DNA of 64,000 nt from Myxococcota bacterium (GTDB lineage: Bacteria; Myxococcota_A; Polyangia; Polyangiales; Sandaracinaceae): contig JAYZQJ010000137.1 in NCBI GenBank assembly GCA_036149055.1, positions 63,862-127,861 on the forward strand, read 5' to 3'. Made by a program: the position numbers and the translations under genes. Every line of letters starts with the position of its first letter. Position 1 is the first letter of the stretch. Below the pieces are notes generated by a model. It did not search any database. It saw only the letters and a list, made by a program, of their open reading frames with translations, and was not told the DNA's origin. Shown here piece by piece: positions 41,588 to 51,058 of the stretch.

Positions 41588-43615
41588 ATGAGCGGCATCC
41601 GGACCTGCGGCAGCTGTGGGCACCCGAACACCGGGGACGCGATGTTCTGCAGCAAGTGCGGGCACAAGCTGCCGCCCGTGGGCGCGGCCGCGCCCGAGCC
41701 GGAGCCCCCGGTCCCCGAGCCCGCGACCGAGCCGGCGGCCGAGCCGGAGGCGGAGCCGAGCAAGCCGTCGCCGCGCGTCGCCGGCCAGGCCAAGACGATG
41801 CTCGGCATGCCGATGCCCGACGCCGAGGCGGTGGCCCGGGCCAAGGAGATCGCGGCGGCCCGGCGGGCCGAGCGGGCCAACGACACCATCGAGCAGCCGG
41901 TGCCGCCCTCCGTGGAGCCGGCGCACGAGGAGCCCGAGCCGCCCGCGCCCGAAGCGCCCGCGCCCGGTCCGGCGGCCTCCGAGCCGGCCGCCTCCGAGGC
42001 GGCCGCCTCCGAGCCGACCGCGGACGAGCCCGCGCCGGCGAAGCGGATCGCCGGCAGCGCGCGGACCATGCTCGGCATGCCCGCGCCGCAGCAGGCGGCC
42101 GTGCAGCAGGCGGTGGAGGCGGCGAAGGCGAAGAAGGCCGCCAAGGAGGCCGCCGCGCCGAGCTCGCCCGCCGCGACCGCGCCCGGGATCGGCGCCGCGC
42201 CCGCCCCGGCCGACGCGCCGCCCGCCCGCTCGCTGGCCTCGGCGCTCGACCCGACGACGAACCGCACCATGCTCGGCCAGCCCGCGCCCAAGCGGGACCA
42301 GGTCGAGGGCGAGAACCCGCCGGCCACCGGCGGCTCTCCGGACACGCCCGCGCGCCCCCGCGCGCCGGTGATGTACCCGAGCAGCAGCGGCGAGGAGGAG
42401 GCGTTCACGCTCCCGGCGGCCGGCGGCGGGGGCAAGACCCTCGCGCTCGCGGTGCTCGCCATCGGCGTGATCGTGCTGCTCGTCGGCGGCGGCGCGCTCG
42501 TCTGGACGCTCTTCGGCGGCGGCTCCGATCTCCGCGCGAGCGTCGCCCGGGGCGAGGAGGGCGAGGTGCTCGAGATCGAGGTGCCCGGCGCCGAGTCCGG
42601 CACGTCGGTCCGCTTCCGCGGGACCGAGCGCGAGCTCGAGGCGGGGGCCGCGCGCTTCCCTCTCTCGGCCGACGACCTCAGCCTCGGCGACAACGAGCTG
42701 ACCGTCGACGTCATCGGCCCCGACGGGGATGTGGAGAGCCACACCGTCGACCTCCACCTCGAGATGCGCATCCGCGCCGATCTCGGGCCCCTGCAGAGCG
42801 CGCCGGCCGCGATCGACGTGATCGTCGAGGCGCCGTCCGGCTCCGAGGTGACCCTCGACGGTGAGGCGCTCGAGCTCGACGCCCAGGGGCGGGGCACGCG
42901 CCGCTTCCCCATCGACGGCGCGGACGCGGACGCCGAGGGCATGGTCGAGCACGTGGTGCGCTACCGCGTGCAGCCGCCGGAGGGCGAGACGGAGCAAGGT
43001 GAGCTGCGCACCCGCATCCCGCTGACGACGATGCAGATCGACCGGCCCGGCACGCAGGTCGTGACCGATCGCGCGTCGGTCGAGATCGCGGGCGCGGTCG
43101 CCCCGGGCTCCACCGTCACCGTCGACGGCGACGAGGTGGAGATCCGCATGGGCCGCTTCCTCCACACGTTCCCGCTGCCCGAGCCGGCGTCCCACGAGGT
43201 CGAGGTCGTGGCCCGCGCCCCCGGCAAGGCGCCGCGGGTGGCGCGCCTCTCGATCCGCCGCGTCGCCGATCTCGAGGCCGAGGCCGCCGCGTTCGAGGTG
43301 AACGAGAGCCTGACCTACGCGCGCATCGCCCAGAACCCGGCGACCTACCGCGGTCAGCGCGTGGAGCTGCGCGGCATGGTCTACAACGTCGACGTCCGCG
43401 GCGGTCAGAGCGTGCTCCAGATCCTCGCGGAGCGATGCCCCTCGGGGGAGCGCTGCCCGGTCTGGGTGACCTATCCGGCGGCCACCGAGGCCGAGCTCCG
43501 CAGCCGCGTCCGGGTGCTCGGCACCGTCGCGGGGGAGCAGCAGTTCCGCACGCAGAACGATCAGATTCGAACGGTTCCGCGCGTGGACGCCACCTTCGTG
43601 CTGCCGGTGCGATGA
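41588..43615 (+). CDS. Zinc-ribbon, Pro/Ala-rich bitopic membrane protein with Ig-like and OB-fold-like extracytoplasmic domains
   Basis: CGSCG...FCSKCG ribbon, low-complexity region, single TM, beta-rich periplasmic part ending NPATYRGQRVELRG. Confidence 0.85.
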   Translation: MSGIRTCGSCGHPNTGDAMFCSKCGHKLPPVGAAAPEPEPPVPEPATEPAAEPEAEPSKPSPRVAGQAKTMLGMPMPDAEAVARAKEIAAARRAERANDTIEQPVPPSVEPAHEEPEPPAPEAPAPGPAASEPAASEAAASEPTADEPAPAKRIAGSARTMLGMPAPQQAAVQQAVEAAKAKKAAKEAAAPSSPAATAPGIGAAPAPADAPPARSLASALDPTTNRTMLGQPAPKRDQVEGENPPATGGSPDTPARPRAPVMYPSSSGEEEAFTLPAAGGGGKTLALAVLAIGVIVLLVGGGALVWTLFGGGSDLRASVARGEEGEVLEIEVPGAESGTSVRFRGTERELEAGAARFPLSADDLSLGDNELTVDVIGPDGDVESHTVDLHLEMRIRADLGPLQSAPAAIDVIVEAPSGSEVTLDGEALELDAQGRGTRRFPIDGADADAEGMVEHVVRYRVQPPEGETEQGELRTRIPLTTMQIDRPGTQVVTDRASVEIAGAVAPGSTVTVDGDEVEIRMGRFLHTFPLPEPASHEVEVVARAPGKAPRVARLSIRRVADLEAEAAAFEVNESLTYARIAQNPATYRGQRVELRGMVYNVDVRGGQSVLQILAERCPSGERCPVWVTYPAATEAELRSRVRVLGTVAGEQQFRTQNDQIRTVPRVDATFVLPVR

Positions 43616-45723
43616 CCGACGGGAGCGAGGCGGACGCGGAGCGCCCGGGCGAAGAGGCCCGGCGCGGCATCGAGCGTTCGGAGACGCTCCCCGGCGTGAG
43701 CCAGAGCGGCGACGTGCGCGAGCGCGTGACCCAGCTCGAGTGCCCGGTCTGCGGGCGCGGCAACCCGGTCGACGCGCGCTTCTGCGCGGGCTGCGGGCAC
43801 CGCTTCGCGGCAGACGGCGCCGCGGAGTCGCACGACGACGGCGGGGCGGACCCGCTGCTCGGGCGCATCATCGCCGAGCGCTATCGCATCGAGGAGCTGC
43901 TCGGCCGCGGCGGCATGGGCGTCGTGTACCGGGTCGAGCACGTCCGCATCAACAAGCTGATGGCGATGAAGCTCCTCCACGGCGCGCTCGCGCGTGACCG
44001 CGAGGTGGTGAAGCGCTTCAAGCGCGAGGCGGAGGCGGTCTCCCGGCTCGACCACCCGAACACCGTGCAGGTGTTCGACTTCGGTCAGAGCGAGGGGATG
44101 ATGTTCCTCGTCATGGAGTACCTCCCCGGGCGCGACCTCGGGCAGGTGGTGAAGGAGGACGGCGCGCTCTCGTTCGTGAGGGTGGCCCGCATCGCCGCGC
44201 AGGTCTGCGGCTCGGTCCAGCAGGCGCACGAGCTCGGCATCGTGCACCGCGACCTGAAGCCCGAGAACGTGATGATGCTCGAGGACCGGGCGGTGAAGGA
44301 CTACGTGAAGGTCCTCGACTTCGGCCTCGCCAAGCTCCGCGAGCACGAGGAGTCGGCCGAGAAGAGCATCACCCGCGCCGGCCACATCCTCGGCACGCCG
44401 TACTACATGGCGCCGGAGCACATCCGCGGCGAGCGGGTCGACGCGCGGAGCGACGTCTACGCCATGGGCGCGCTGATGTACAAGGCGCTCACCGGCGTCC
44501 CCCCGTTCTGGTCCAGCACCCCGGTCGGCGTCTTGACGATGCACCTCACCGAGGACGTCGTCGCGCCGTCGGAGAAGGCGCCGAAGCTCGAGATCCCGGA
44601 GGTCGCCGACCGGATCCTCGTGCGCTGCATGCAGAAGGATCCGAAGGACCGCTACCAGAGCATGGAGGAGCTCCGGGCGGACCTCTTCGCCTACCTCGAG
44701 GGCGTCGGTCAGAAGGAGGGGCTGTCGTCGACCAAGCTCGCGCGGGTCGGCGGCGCGATGATCCCCACCGAGTCCGGGCGCCAGCGCGAGGTCGCGACGC
44801 GCGGCGACGTCGACGACTTCGAGCGGCGGATCCGCCGCCGCAGCCAGGCGGGCTACGCGCTCGTGATGCTGATGCTCGGGGTGGCGCTCGGCGGCGGCTG
44901 GTGGGCGTGGCAGCAGCGGCCGCGACCGCAGGCGACCACCGAGACCGAGCCCAACGACGCGCTGGTCAGCGCCGACCCGCTGCCCCCCGACACGCCCTTC
45001 GAGGCGTACCTCGGGCGGAGGCTCGACGAGGAGCGGAGCGACGCCGACTTCTATCGGCTGGACAACCCGGGGGGCGAGCGCCGCGTGGTGCGCGTCGACG
45101 TGAGCGCGATCCCGAACATGGACCTCGTGTTCGAGCTCTACAAGGAGGGCATCACGAGCGCCCCGGTGCTCACCGCCGACTCCGGCTCGATGGGCGTCCC
45201 CGAGTCGGTCCCCAACTTCGTCATCGACGGGCCCACCTACTACCTCCGGGTGCGCGAGCTCTGGGAGTCGGGCCGGCTGCCGACGGAGAACGTCAGCGAT
45301 CCGTACACGGTGCGATGGTCGTTCGTCACCCCGGAGGAGGGCGACGAGCGCGAGGTCAACGACTCCCTCGAGCTGGCGGAGGAGGTCACGATGGGCTCCC
45401 GACGACGCGGCTGGATCGGCTGGGGCGGGGACGTCGACGCCTACTGCCTGAGCGGCGACGCCACCGACGTGGTGGCGCGGGTCGAGGGCGTCTCGAGCCT
45501 CGACCTCGTCCTGGAGGTGGTCGACCGGGTCACCGGCCGGGTGCGGCGCTACGATGCGCACGAGGTGGGTCAGGGCGAGGTCAGCGAGGCGGTGCCGCGG
45601 GCGCAGGACGGAACCCTGTGCTTCGAGGTCGCCGCGCACCGGCCCAAGGTCGGGAGCGGCAACGACGCCGACGAGCCCTACGTGCTGGTCATCGAGCACG
45701 GCGGGGAGGAGGCGGCCGAGTGA
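43612..45723 (+). CDS. Transmembrane Ser/Thr protein kinase with N-terminal zinc ribbon and two extracytoplasmic E-x-E-(P/V)-N-D (PPC-like) repeats
   Basis: GRGGMGVVY, AMK, HRDLKPEN, DFG, GTPYYMAPE. TM. ETEPND and EREVND repeats. ATGA coupled. Confidence 0.93.
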   Translation: MTDGSEADAERPGEEARRGIERSETLPGVSQSGDVRERVTQLECPVCGRGNPVDARFCAGCGHRFAADGAAESHDDGGADPLLGRIIAERYRIEELLGRGGMGVVYRVEHVRINKLMAMKLLHGALARDREVVKRFKREAEAVSRLDHPNTVQVFDFGQSEGMMFLVMEYLPGRDLGQVVKEDGALSFVRVARIAAQVCGSVQQAHELGIVHRDLKPENVMMLEDRAVKDYVKVLDFGLAKLREHEESAEKSITRAGHILGTPYYMAPEHIRGERVDARSDVYAMGALMYKALTGVPPFWSSTPVGVLTMHLTEDVVAPSEKAPKLEIPEVADRILVRCMQKDPKDRYQSMEELRADLFAYLEGVGQKEGLSSTKLARVGGAMIPTESGRQREVATRGDVDDFERRIRRRSQAGYALVMLMLGVALGGGWWAWQQRPRPQATTETEPNDALVSADPLPPDTPFEAYLGRRLDEERSDADFYRLDNPGGERRVVRVDVSAIPNMDLVFELYKEGITSAPVLTADSGSMGVPESVPNFVIDGPTYYLRVRELWESGRLPTENVSDPYTVRWSFVTPEEGDEREVNDSLELAEEVTMGSRRRGWIGWGGDVDAYCLSGDATDVVARVEGVSSLDLVLEVVDRVTGRVRRYDAHEVGQGEVSEAVPRAQDGTLCFEVAAHRPKVGSGNDADEPYVLVIEHGGEEAAE

Positions 45724-46859
45724 GGCGCGCCCTCCCGCTCGCCGCGCTGGCCGGTCTGATCGCGGTCCCGGCGCTCGCGCATCCGGTGCCGATCGGGCGC
45801 TACGCCCAGATCCCCTACGGCGTGAGCCCGGCGCACCCGCACCCGACCGAAGGGGGAGGCGCGGCGCGCACCGGGCGGCTCCGGGGCGTGGCTCCGGCGA
45901 CCGAGCCCCGTCGGCTCTGGGAGCGGAACCTGCCGCAGCGGCGGCTCCGCGGCCCGACCCTCGCCGCCGACGGCACGCTCTACCTCGGCACGATGGGCGG
46001 CCTCAGCGCGGTCGCCCCCGACGGCACCGAGCGCTGGTCGGTCCGCCTCGGCGCCGTGCCCGGCGCGCCGAGCATCGCGCCCTCCGGTGACGTGGCCGTG
46101 GTCACCCGGGGCGGCCTCGTCGCGCTGGTCAGCCCCGAGGGCGTCGTGCGACGGACCGCCGATCTGGGCGCGCCGGCGAGGGGCTCGCTCCTGGTGCTCG
46201 ACGACGGCTCGGTGGTGGTCGGCACGCTCGATCGGCGGGTCCACCGCCTCGACGCGAGCCTGCGGCCGGTCTTCGAGACCGAGCTCGCCGACGGCTCCGC
46301 CTCGACCCTCGCGCTCACCGCGCGCGGCGCCCTCGCGGTGGCCAGCGGCCGCTTCCTCTCGCTCCTCTCGCCGACCGGTGGGATCACGCGACAGGTGACG
46401 CTCGGGGGCCGCGCCAGCGCCCCGCCTTCGGTGGCCGACGACGGCACGCTCTGGGTCCCCACCGTCGAGGGCGTGCTCCACGCCATCGAGCCCGGCGGAC
46501 GGATCCGCTCACGCACCGAGCTCGGCAGCCGCCACTACGACGGCGCGGCTCCGGCCATCGGCCCCGACGGCGCGGTGCGCGTGCCCACCATGAGCGAGGG
46601 CGTGGTCTGCGTCGGCGCGGGCGGCACCGAGCGCTGGCGCTTCCCGAGCCCGGCCGGCTTCAACGCACCGATCTCGGTCGACGCGGCGGGGACCACCCTC
46701 GCGGTGGATCGCGGGGGGCGCCTCTTCGCGATCGACGAGACCGGGGTGGAGCGCTGGCGCGTCGTGATCGGCACGCACACCTACCAGGCGCCGGTGCTCG
46801 CCGCGGACGGCACGCTCTACGTGGTCACCGAGCAGGGCGCGCTGCACGCCTATCGTTGA
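45720..46859 (+). CDS. Secreted PQQ-like (BamB-type) beta-propeller repeat protein
   Basis: GTG overlaps the kinase stop. Signal peptide. Repeated P..a.DGtlyv...G.L.A...G.ERW units. Confidence 0.88.
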   Translation: MRRALPLAALAGLIAVPALAHPVPIGRYAQIPYGVSPAHPHPTEGGGAARTGRLRGVAPATEPRRLWERNLPQRRLRGPTLAADGTLYLGTMGGLSAVAPDGTERWSVRLGAVPGAPSIAPSGDVAVVTRGGLVALVSPEGVVRRTADLGAPARGSLLVLDDGSVVVGTLDRRVHRLDASLRPVFETELADGSASTLALTARGALAVASGRFLSLLSPTGGITRQVTLGGRASAPPSVADDGTLWVPTVEGVLHAIEPGGRIRSRTELGSRHYDGAAPAIGPDGAVRVPTMSEGVVCVGAGGTERWRFPSPAGFNAPISVDAAGTTLAVDRGGRLFAIDETGVERWRVVIGTHTYQAPVLAADGTLYVVTEQGALHAYR

Positions 46860-46869
46860 AGGAGGCCGC

Positions 46870-47583
46870 TCAGGCGACCTGGCGGCGCTCGCAGGGGAGG
46901 CCCAGCACGACCACCGCGGTGGGACCGGGCTGGCGACCCCAGCTGGAGCGCAGGAGGCGGGCGAGCTCGGTCGGCGGGGCCTCGGCCACCGTGCCGCCGA
47001 GCGGGTCGAGCGCCATCGCGCGCACGAAGCCGCGGAGCTCCTTGAAGTCGGCGTCGCGGGTGAGCACGCCCGGGGTGGCGAAGGCGAGGGCCGCGCCGCC
47101 GGAGAGGCGCAGGATCTCGGTGCGCACGTCGAGGCCGAGGTCGTCGAGGGAGTCGCACATCGGCTCGAAGGGGCTCATGCCTTCGATCGGATCCCAGTGG
47201 AGCACCGCGGGGAGGCTCACGTTGAGCAGCTCGACGATGCGGCCGTAGGGGCCGATGCGCGCCACCGCGAGGCCGACGCCCGCCGCGCGCTTGCCGAGCG
47301 CGACCCGGAGGATGCGCGCGGTCTGGACCGGGTCGCTGCACTCGGCGGCCGCGAGACGCATCGCCTCCACCACGTCGGGGCCGTCGGAGCAGCCGTCGGG
47401 GACCGCGATGAGCGCGATGGTCGTCCAGCCGAGCCGGTCGGTCGTCACGTGCCAGCTGGCGCCGTCGTCGAGCACGGTCCCCGTGATGCGGAGGTCACCG
47501 TGTTCGAGGCTCTGCTCGGGCCAGCCACGGTCGTCTCCAGACCAACTCCGAACGGGGAATCCGATACTGCTTCGTTCGCTCAT
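46870..47583 (-). CDS. Hypothetical protein, degenerate SpoIIE/PP2C-like fold
   Basis: Motif order ELLNVSLP (cf. NAGHP), LAFATPGV (cf. LLYTDG), GPTAVVVL (cf. DDITVVV). Confidence 0.6.
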   Translation of the reverse strand: MSERSSIGFPVRSWSGDDRGWPEQSLEHGDLRITGTVLDDGASWHVTTDRLGWTTIALIAVPDGCSDGPDVVEAMRLAAAECSDPVQTARILRVALGKRAAGVGLAVARIGPYGRIVELLNVSLPAVLHWDPIEGMSPFEPMCDSLDDLGLDVRTEILRLSGGAALAFATPGVLTRDADFKELRGFVRAMALDPLGGTVAEAPPTELARLLRSSWGRQPGPTAVVVLGLPCERRQVA

Positions 47584-47861
47584 GCCCGAGATGCTCTGCA
47601 AGCATCGTGCACACGCGCTCGAATCCCAGCCTGAGGCGCCCGAGACGGGAACTCTCGACAATTCGCGATCGATGTGTCGCCGAGAGAGACAGTTCGCTCT
47701 CGATCGCGTGTCCCCGCTTTCGAACGTGACGCGGATGTCCGACTGCAAGAACGAAGCGACGGGTTTCGGATCTGAATTCCTCTACGGCCGCAATCACGGA
47801 ATCCTGAGGCCCGGCTCTCCGATTGCGGATCATCACCGGGTCGGGCTAAGCCACCGGCGCC

Positions 47862-48926
47862 ATGGACACCGATGAGCTCGACTACGATCTCCCGGAGTCG
47901 CTCATCGCTCAGCGACCGGCCGAGGATCGGGACGCGGCGCGCCTGCTCCTCGTTCGCCGCGGCGGCGGCGCGTGTGCGCACCATCACGTCCGCGACCTGG
48001 CGTCGCTGATCCGCCCCGCGCTCTTCGTGGTGAACGACACCCGCGTGATCCCCGCACGCCTGCACGGCCACAAGCCCTCGGGCGGCAAGGTGGAGCTGCT
48101 CCTCGTCGAGCGACGCGGCGCCCCCGGCCGGGAAGAGCGCTGGGTGGCGATGGGGCGCGCGTCGAAGCCCATCCGCGCCGGGACGCGCGTCCACGTGGAG
48201 GGGGGCCTCGAGGTCGAGGTGGAGGCCAAGCTCGAGGGCGGCCGGCTGCTCCTCCGGCTCGAGAGCGAGCGGCCGATCGCCGAGGTGCTCGACGAGGTCG
48301 GGCACGTGCCGTTGCCGCCGTACGTGCGCCGGGACGACGAGGACTTCGACCGCGAGCGCTACCAGACCGTCTTCGCCCGCGAGGACGGCGCGGTGGCCGC
48401 GCCCACGGCGGGGCTGCACTTCACGCCCGCGCTGCTCGACGCGCTCGAGGCGGCCGGTCATCGGCGCGTCGCCGTCACCCTGCACGTCGGGCCCGGCACC
48501 TTCCGCCCGGTGACCGCGGCCCGGCTCGAGGACCACGACATGCACGCGGAGCGTTACGTCGTGCCGGAGGCGGCGGCCGAGGCCATCGCCGAGGCGAAGC
48601 GCGAGGGGCGGCCGGTGGTCGCGGTCGGCACCACCGTGGTGCGCACCCTGGAGTCGGCGGCGCGGCCGGACGGCAGCGTCACCGTCGGGGCGGGCGAGAC
48701 CGCGCTCTTCATCCAGCCCCCGTACCCGTTCCGCGTGGTCGACGCGCTGATGACCAACTTCCACCTGCCGCGCTCGACCTTGCTCGCCCTGGTCATGGCC
48801 TTCGGCGGCGTCGAGCCGCTGCGCGCCGCCTACCGGGAGGCGGTGGAGGCGCGCTACCGGTTCTTCAGCTACGGAGACGCCATGCTGATCGCGGGCGAAG
48901 AGGTGCTGCGAGGGGAGGGCGCGTGA
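47862..48926 (+). CDS. queA: S-adenosylmethionine:tRNA ribosyltransferase-isomerase
   Basis: YDLPESLIAQ, NDTRVIPARL, PLPPY, RYQTV, AAPTAGLHF, TLHVG.GTF, TNFHLP.STL, YRFFSYGDA. Confidence 0.98.
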   Translation: MDTDELDYDLPESLIAQRPAEDRDAARLLLVRRGGGACAHHHVRDLASLIRPALFVVNDTRVIPARLHGHKPSGGKVELLLVERRGAPGREERWVAMGRASKPIRAGTRVHVEGGLEVEVEAKLEGGRLLLRLESERPIAEVLDEVGHVPLPPYVRRDDEDFDRERYQTVFAREDGAVAAPTAGLHFTPALLDALEAAGHRRVAVTLHVGPGTFRPVTAARLEDHDMHAERYVVPEAAAEAIAEAKREGRPVVAVGTTVVRTLESAARPDGSVTVGAGETALFIQPPYPFRVVDALMTNFHLPRSTLLALVMAFGGVEPLRAAYREAVEARYRFFSYGDAMLIAGEEVLRGEGA

Positions 48927-50098
48927 CCCTGCCGACCGACGGGTTCTCCTTCGAGGAGCGCGCGCGTGACGGCGACGCGCGGCGGGGGACCTTCACCACG
49001 CCGCGCGCGACGGTCGAGACGCCCGCGTTCATGCCGGTCGGCACGCTCGCCACCGTGAAGTCGACGACGCCCGACGAGCTCGAGGCGGCGGGCGCGCGGC
49101 TCATCCTCGCCAACACCTACCACCTCTGGCTGCGCCCCGGCCCCGAGCGGATCGCGCGGCTCGGCGGCGTGCAGCGCTTCATGGCGTGGCCCCACGCGCT
49201 GCTGACCGACAGCGGCGGCTTCCAGGTCTTCTCGCTCACCCACATGAACCAGGTGGACGACGACGGAGTCACCTTCCGCTCCCACCTCGACGGGGCGAAG
49301 CTGCGGCTCACCCCCGAGGAGTCGATGCGCGTGCAGGGCCTGCTCGGCTCGGACGTGGCGATGCTCTTCGACGAGTGCCCGCGCGGCGGCGCCCCGCGCG
49401 AGGTGGTCGAGCGCGCGATGCGCCGGACCACCGCGTGGGCGAAGCGCTGTCTGGCCACCGAGGCCCCGGAGGGGCAGGCCCGCTTCGGCATCGTGCAGGG
49501 CGGCACCCACGTCGACCTCCGGCTCGCGCACATCGACGACATCGCCGCGCTCCCGGTCGACGGCGTCGCGCTCGGCGGCTTCTCGGTCGGCGAGCCCATC
49601 GAGGAGATGGTGCGGGTGCTCGGTGACGTCACCCCGAAGCTGCCGACCGACCGGCCGCGCTACCTCATGGGCGTCGGCACGCCCTTCGATCTGCTCGCCG
49701 CGATCGGCACCGGCGTCGATCTCTTCGACTGCGTGTTGCCGACCCGGAACGCGCGCAACGGGCAGGCCCTCACCTGGACGGGCCGCGTGAACCTGCGTCA
49801 GGCGCGGCACAAGGAGGACGAGCGCGCCCTCGACCCGTCGTGCGCCTGCCCGACCTGCCGCACCTTCAGCCGCGCCTACCTCCACCACCTGGTGCGCACC
49901 AAGGAGATGCTCGGGCCGCGCCTCGTCACGCAGCACAACTTGTGGTTCTACCAGGACCTCACGCGCGGCGCGCGCGCGGCGATCGAGGAGGGTCGCTACG
50001 CGAGCTGGGCGGCGGAGGCGGCGGCGCGCATGCGCGACGGCGACGAGATCGGCACGCCGGACCCGAACCAGCGGGAGTGGCGCGCGACCCAGAAGTGA
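48923..50098 (+). CDS. tgt: Queuine tRNA-ribosyltransferase
   Basis: TPAFMPVGT, NTYHL, DSGGFQ, GIVQGG, PRYLMGVG, FDCVLPTR, CxCxxC...H zinc site. GTG 48923. Confidence 0.97.
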   Translation: MTLPTDGFSFEERARDGDARRGTFTTPRATVETPAFMPVGTLATVKSTTPDELEAAGARLILANTYHLWLRPGPERIARLGGVQRFMAWPHALLTDSGGFQVFSLTHMNQVDDDGVTFRSHLDGAKLRLTPEESMRVQGLLGSDVAMLFDECPRGGAPREVVERAMRRTTAWAKRCLATEAPEGQARFGIVQGGTHVDLRLAHIDDIAALPVDGVALGGFSVGEPIEEMVRVLGDVTPKLPTDRPRYLMGVGTPFDLLAAIGTGVDLFDCVLPTRNARNGQALTWTGRVNLRQARHKEDERALDPSCACPTCRTFSRAYLHHLVRTKEMLGPRLVTQHNLWFYQDLTRGARAAIEEGRYASWAAEAAARMRDGDEIGTPDPNQREWRATQK

Positions 50099-50113
50099 CG
50101 CAGAACCCCGAGC

Positions 50114-50677
50114 ATGGACGCGATGGAGCTGCTGCGGACGCGCGCCTCGAACGGCAAGCTCGAGGCCCCCGCCCCCGACGACGCGACGCTCGCGGAGATC
50201 CTCGAGGCGGCCCTCCGCGCGCCCGATCACGCCGCGCTGCGCCCCTGGAAGATCCTCACGATCCGCGGTGAGGCCCGCGACGCGCTCGGCGAGGTCTTCG
50301 CCGAGGCCGCGAAGGCGCGCGAGCCCGAGCTCGACGACGAGAAGCTCGCCCGGACGCGTCGCAAGCCGCTGCGCGCGCCGCTCCTGCTCGTGGTGGCCGC
50401 CGTCCCGGTCGAGCACCCCAAGGCGCCCGAGATCGAGCAGGTGCTCAGCGCGGGCGCGGTGGCCCACGGGATCCTGCTCGGCCTCCAGGCCAAGGGCTTC
50501 GCCGGCATGTGGCGGACCGGCGCCCCCGCCTACGACGACGCGGTGAAGGCGGCGCTCGGCCTCCGCCCGGAGGACCACATCGTCGGCTTCGTCTACGTGG
50601 GGACCGCCTCGGTGCCGGCCCCCGACATGCCCCGCCCGAGCGTCGACGCGTACGTCGTCCCCTGGCATGGGCGCTGA
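50114..50677 (+). CDS. Nitroreductase family protein (YdjA-like)
   Basis: R.S, RAPDH..LRPW, RAPL, WRTG, GFVYVGT. Confidence 0.92.
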   Translation: MDAMELLRTRASNGKLEAPAPDDATLAEILEAALRAPDHAALRPWKILTIRGEARDALGEVFAEAAKAREPELDDEKLARTRRKPLRAPLLLVVAAVPVEHPKAPEIEQVLSAGAVAHGILLGLQAKGFAGMWRTGAPAYDDAVKAALGLRPEDHIVGFVYVGTASVPAPDMPRPSVDAYVVPWHGR

Positions 50678-50843
50678 CTGCGCAAAGTAGGCACACCGCT
50701 GGGGAGCAGAGTCTCCGGCCGCGCGTGACAGCCTGGAAAACAGGGCCTCCCGGGCCCCGTCGATCCGACTGGTAGGGCTCTTGCGTACCCGTCCTGGCGT
50801 GCGCCTTCTGCAATCACCAGATGATTCCGCTAACCTCGTACGC

Positions 50844-51038
50844 ATGAGGCGGCGGGGGCGGGTCGAGGCGTTGCTGGCCGACGAGGCCGGGCTGACCACC
50901 GTCGAGTACATCATCGTGCTCTGCCTCATCGCGGTCGTCGGCTTCGCCATCTGGAAGCAGTTCGGCCAGACGGTCGAATACAAGACCAAAGGCGCGACCA
51001 ACGTGATCGGCGACCTGCCGACGGAGTCGTCCGAGTGA
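50844..51038 (+). CDS. Flp/Fap family type IV pilin
   Basis: DEAG|LTTVEY prepilin cleavage and Flp motif, hydrophobic helix, 64 aa. Confidence 0.88.
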   Translation: MRRRGRVEALLADEAGLTTVEYIIVLCLIAVVGFAIWKQFGQTVEYKTKGATNVIGDLPTESSE

Positions 51039-51058
51039 TGCGTGTCCGAGGGGGATCG

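Noticed and set aside
47713..47861. preQ1 riboswitch upstream of queA-tgt
   Set aside because: No short stem with the A-rich 3' tail typical of preQ1-I is visible.
21252..50098. Apparent N-terminal fusions on corA, folA, thyA, dapB, tgt and the propeller gene in the ORF track
   Set aside because: The extensions are stop-free R/A/G-rich readings of neighbouring genes. True starts are evident from motif onset and stop/start overlaps, so no fusion or frameshift is needed.
47862..50677. queA-tgt-nitroreductase as a novel deazaguanine DNA-modification or QueG-replacement system
   Set aside because: Tgt has canonical tRNA-type motifs and zinc site beside queA, and no dpd genes are present. The nitroreductase looks like ordinary YdjA, with no evidence of a link beyond adjacency.
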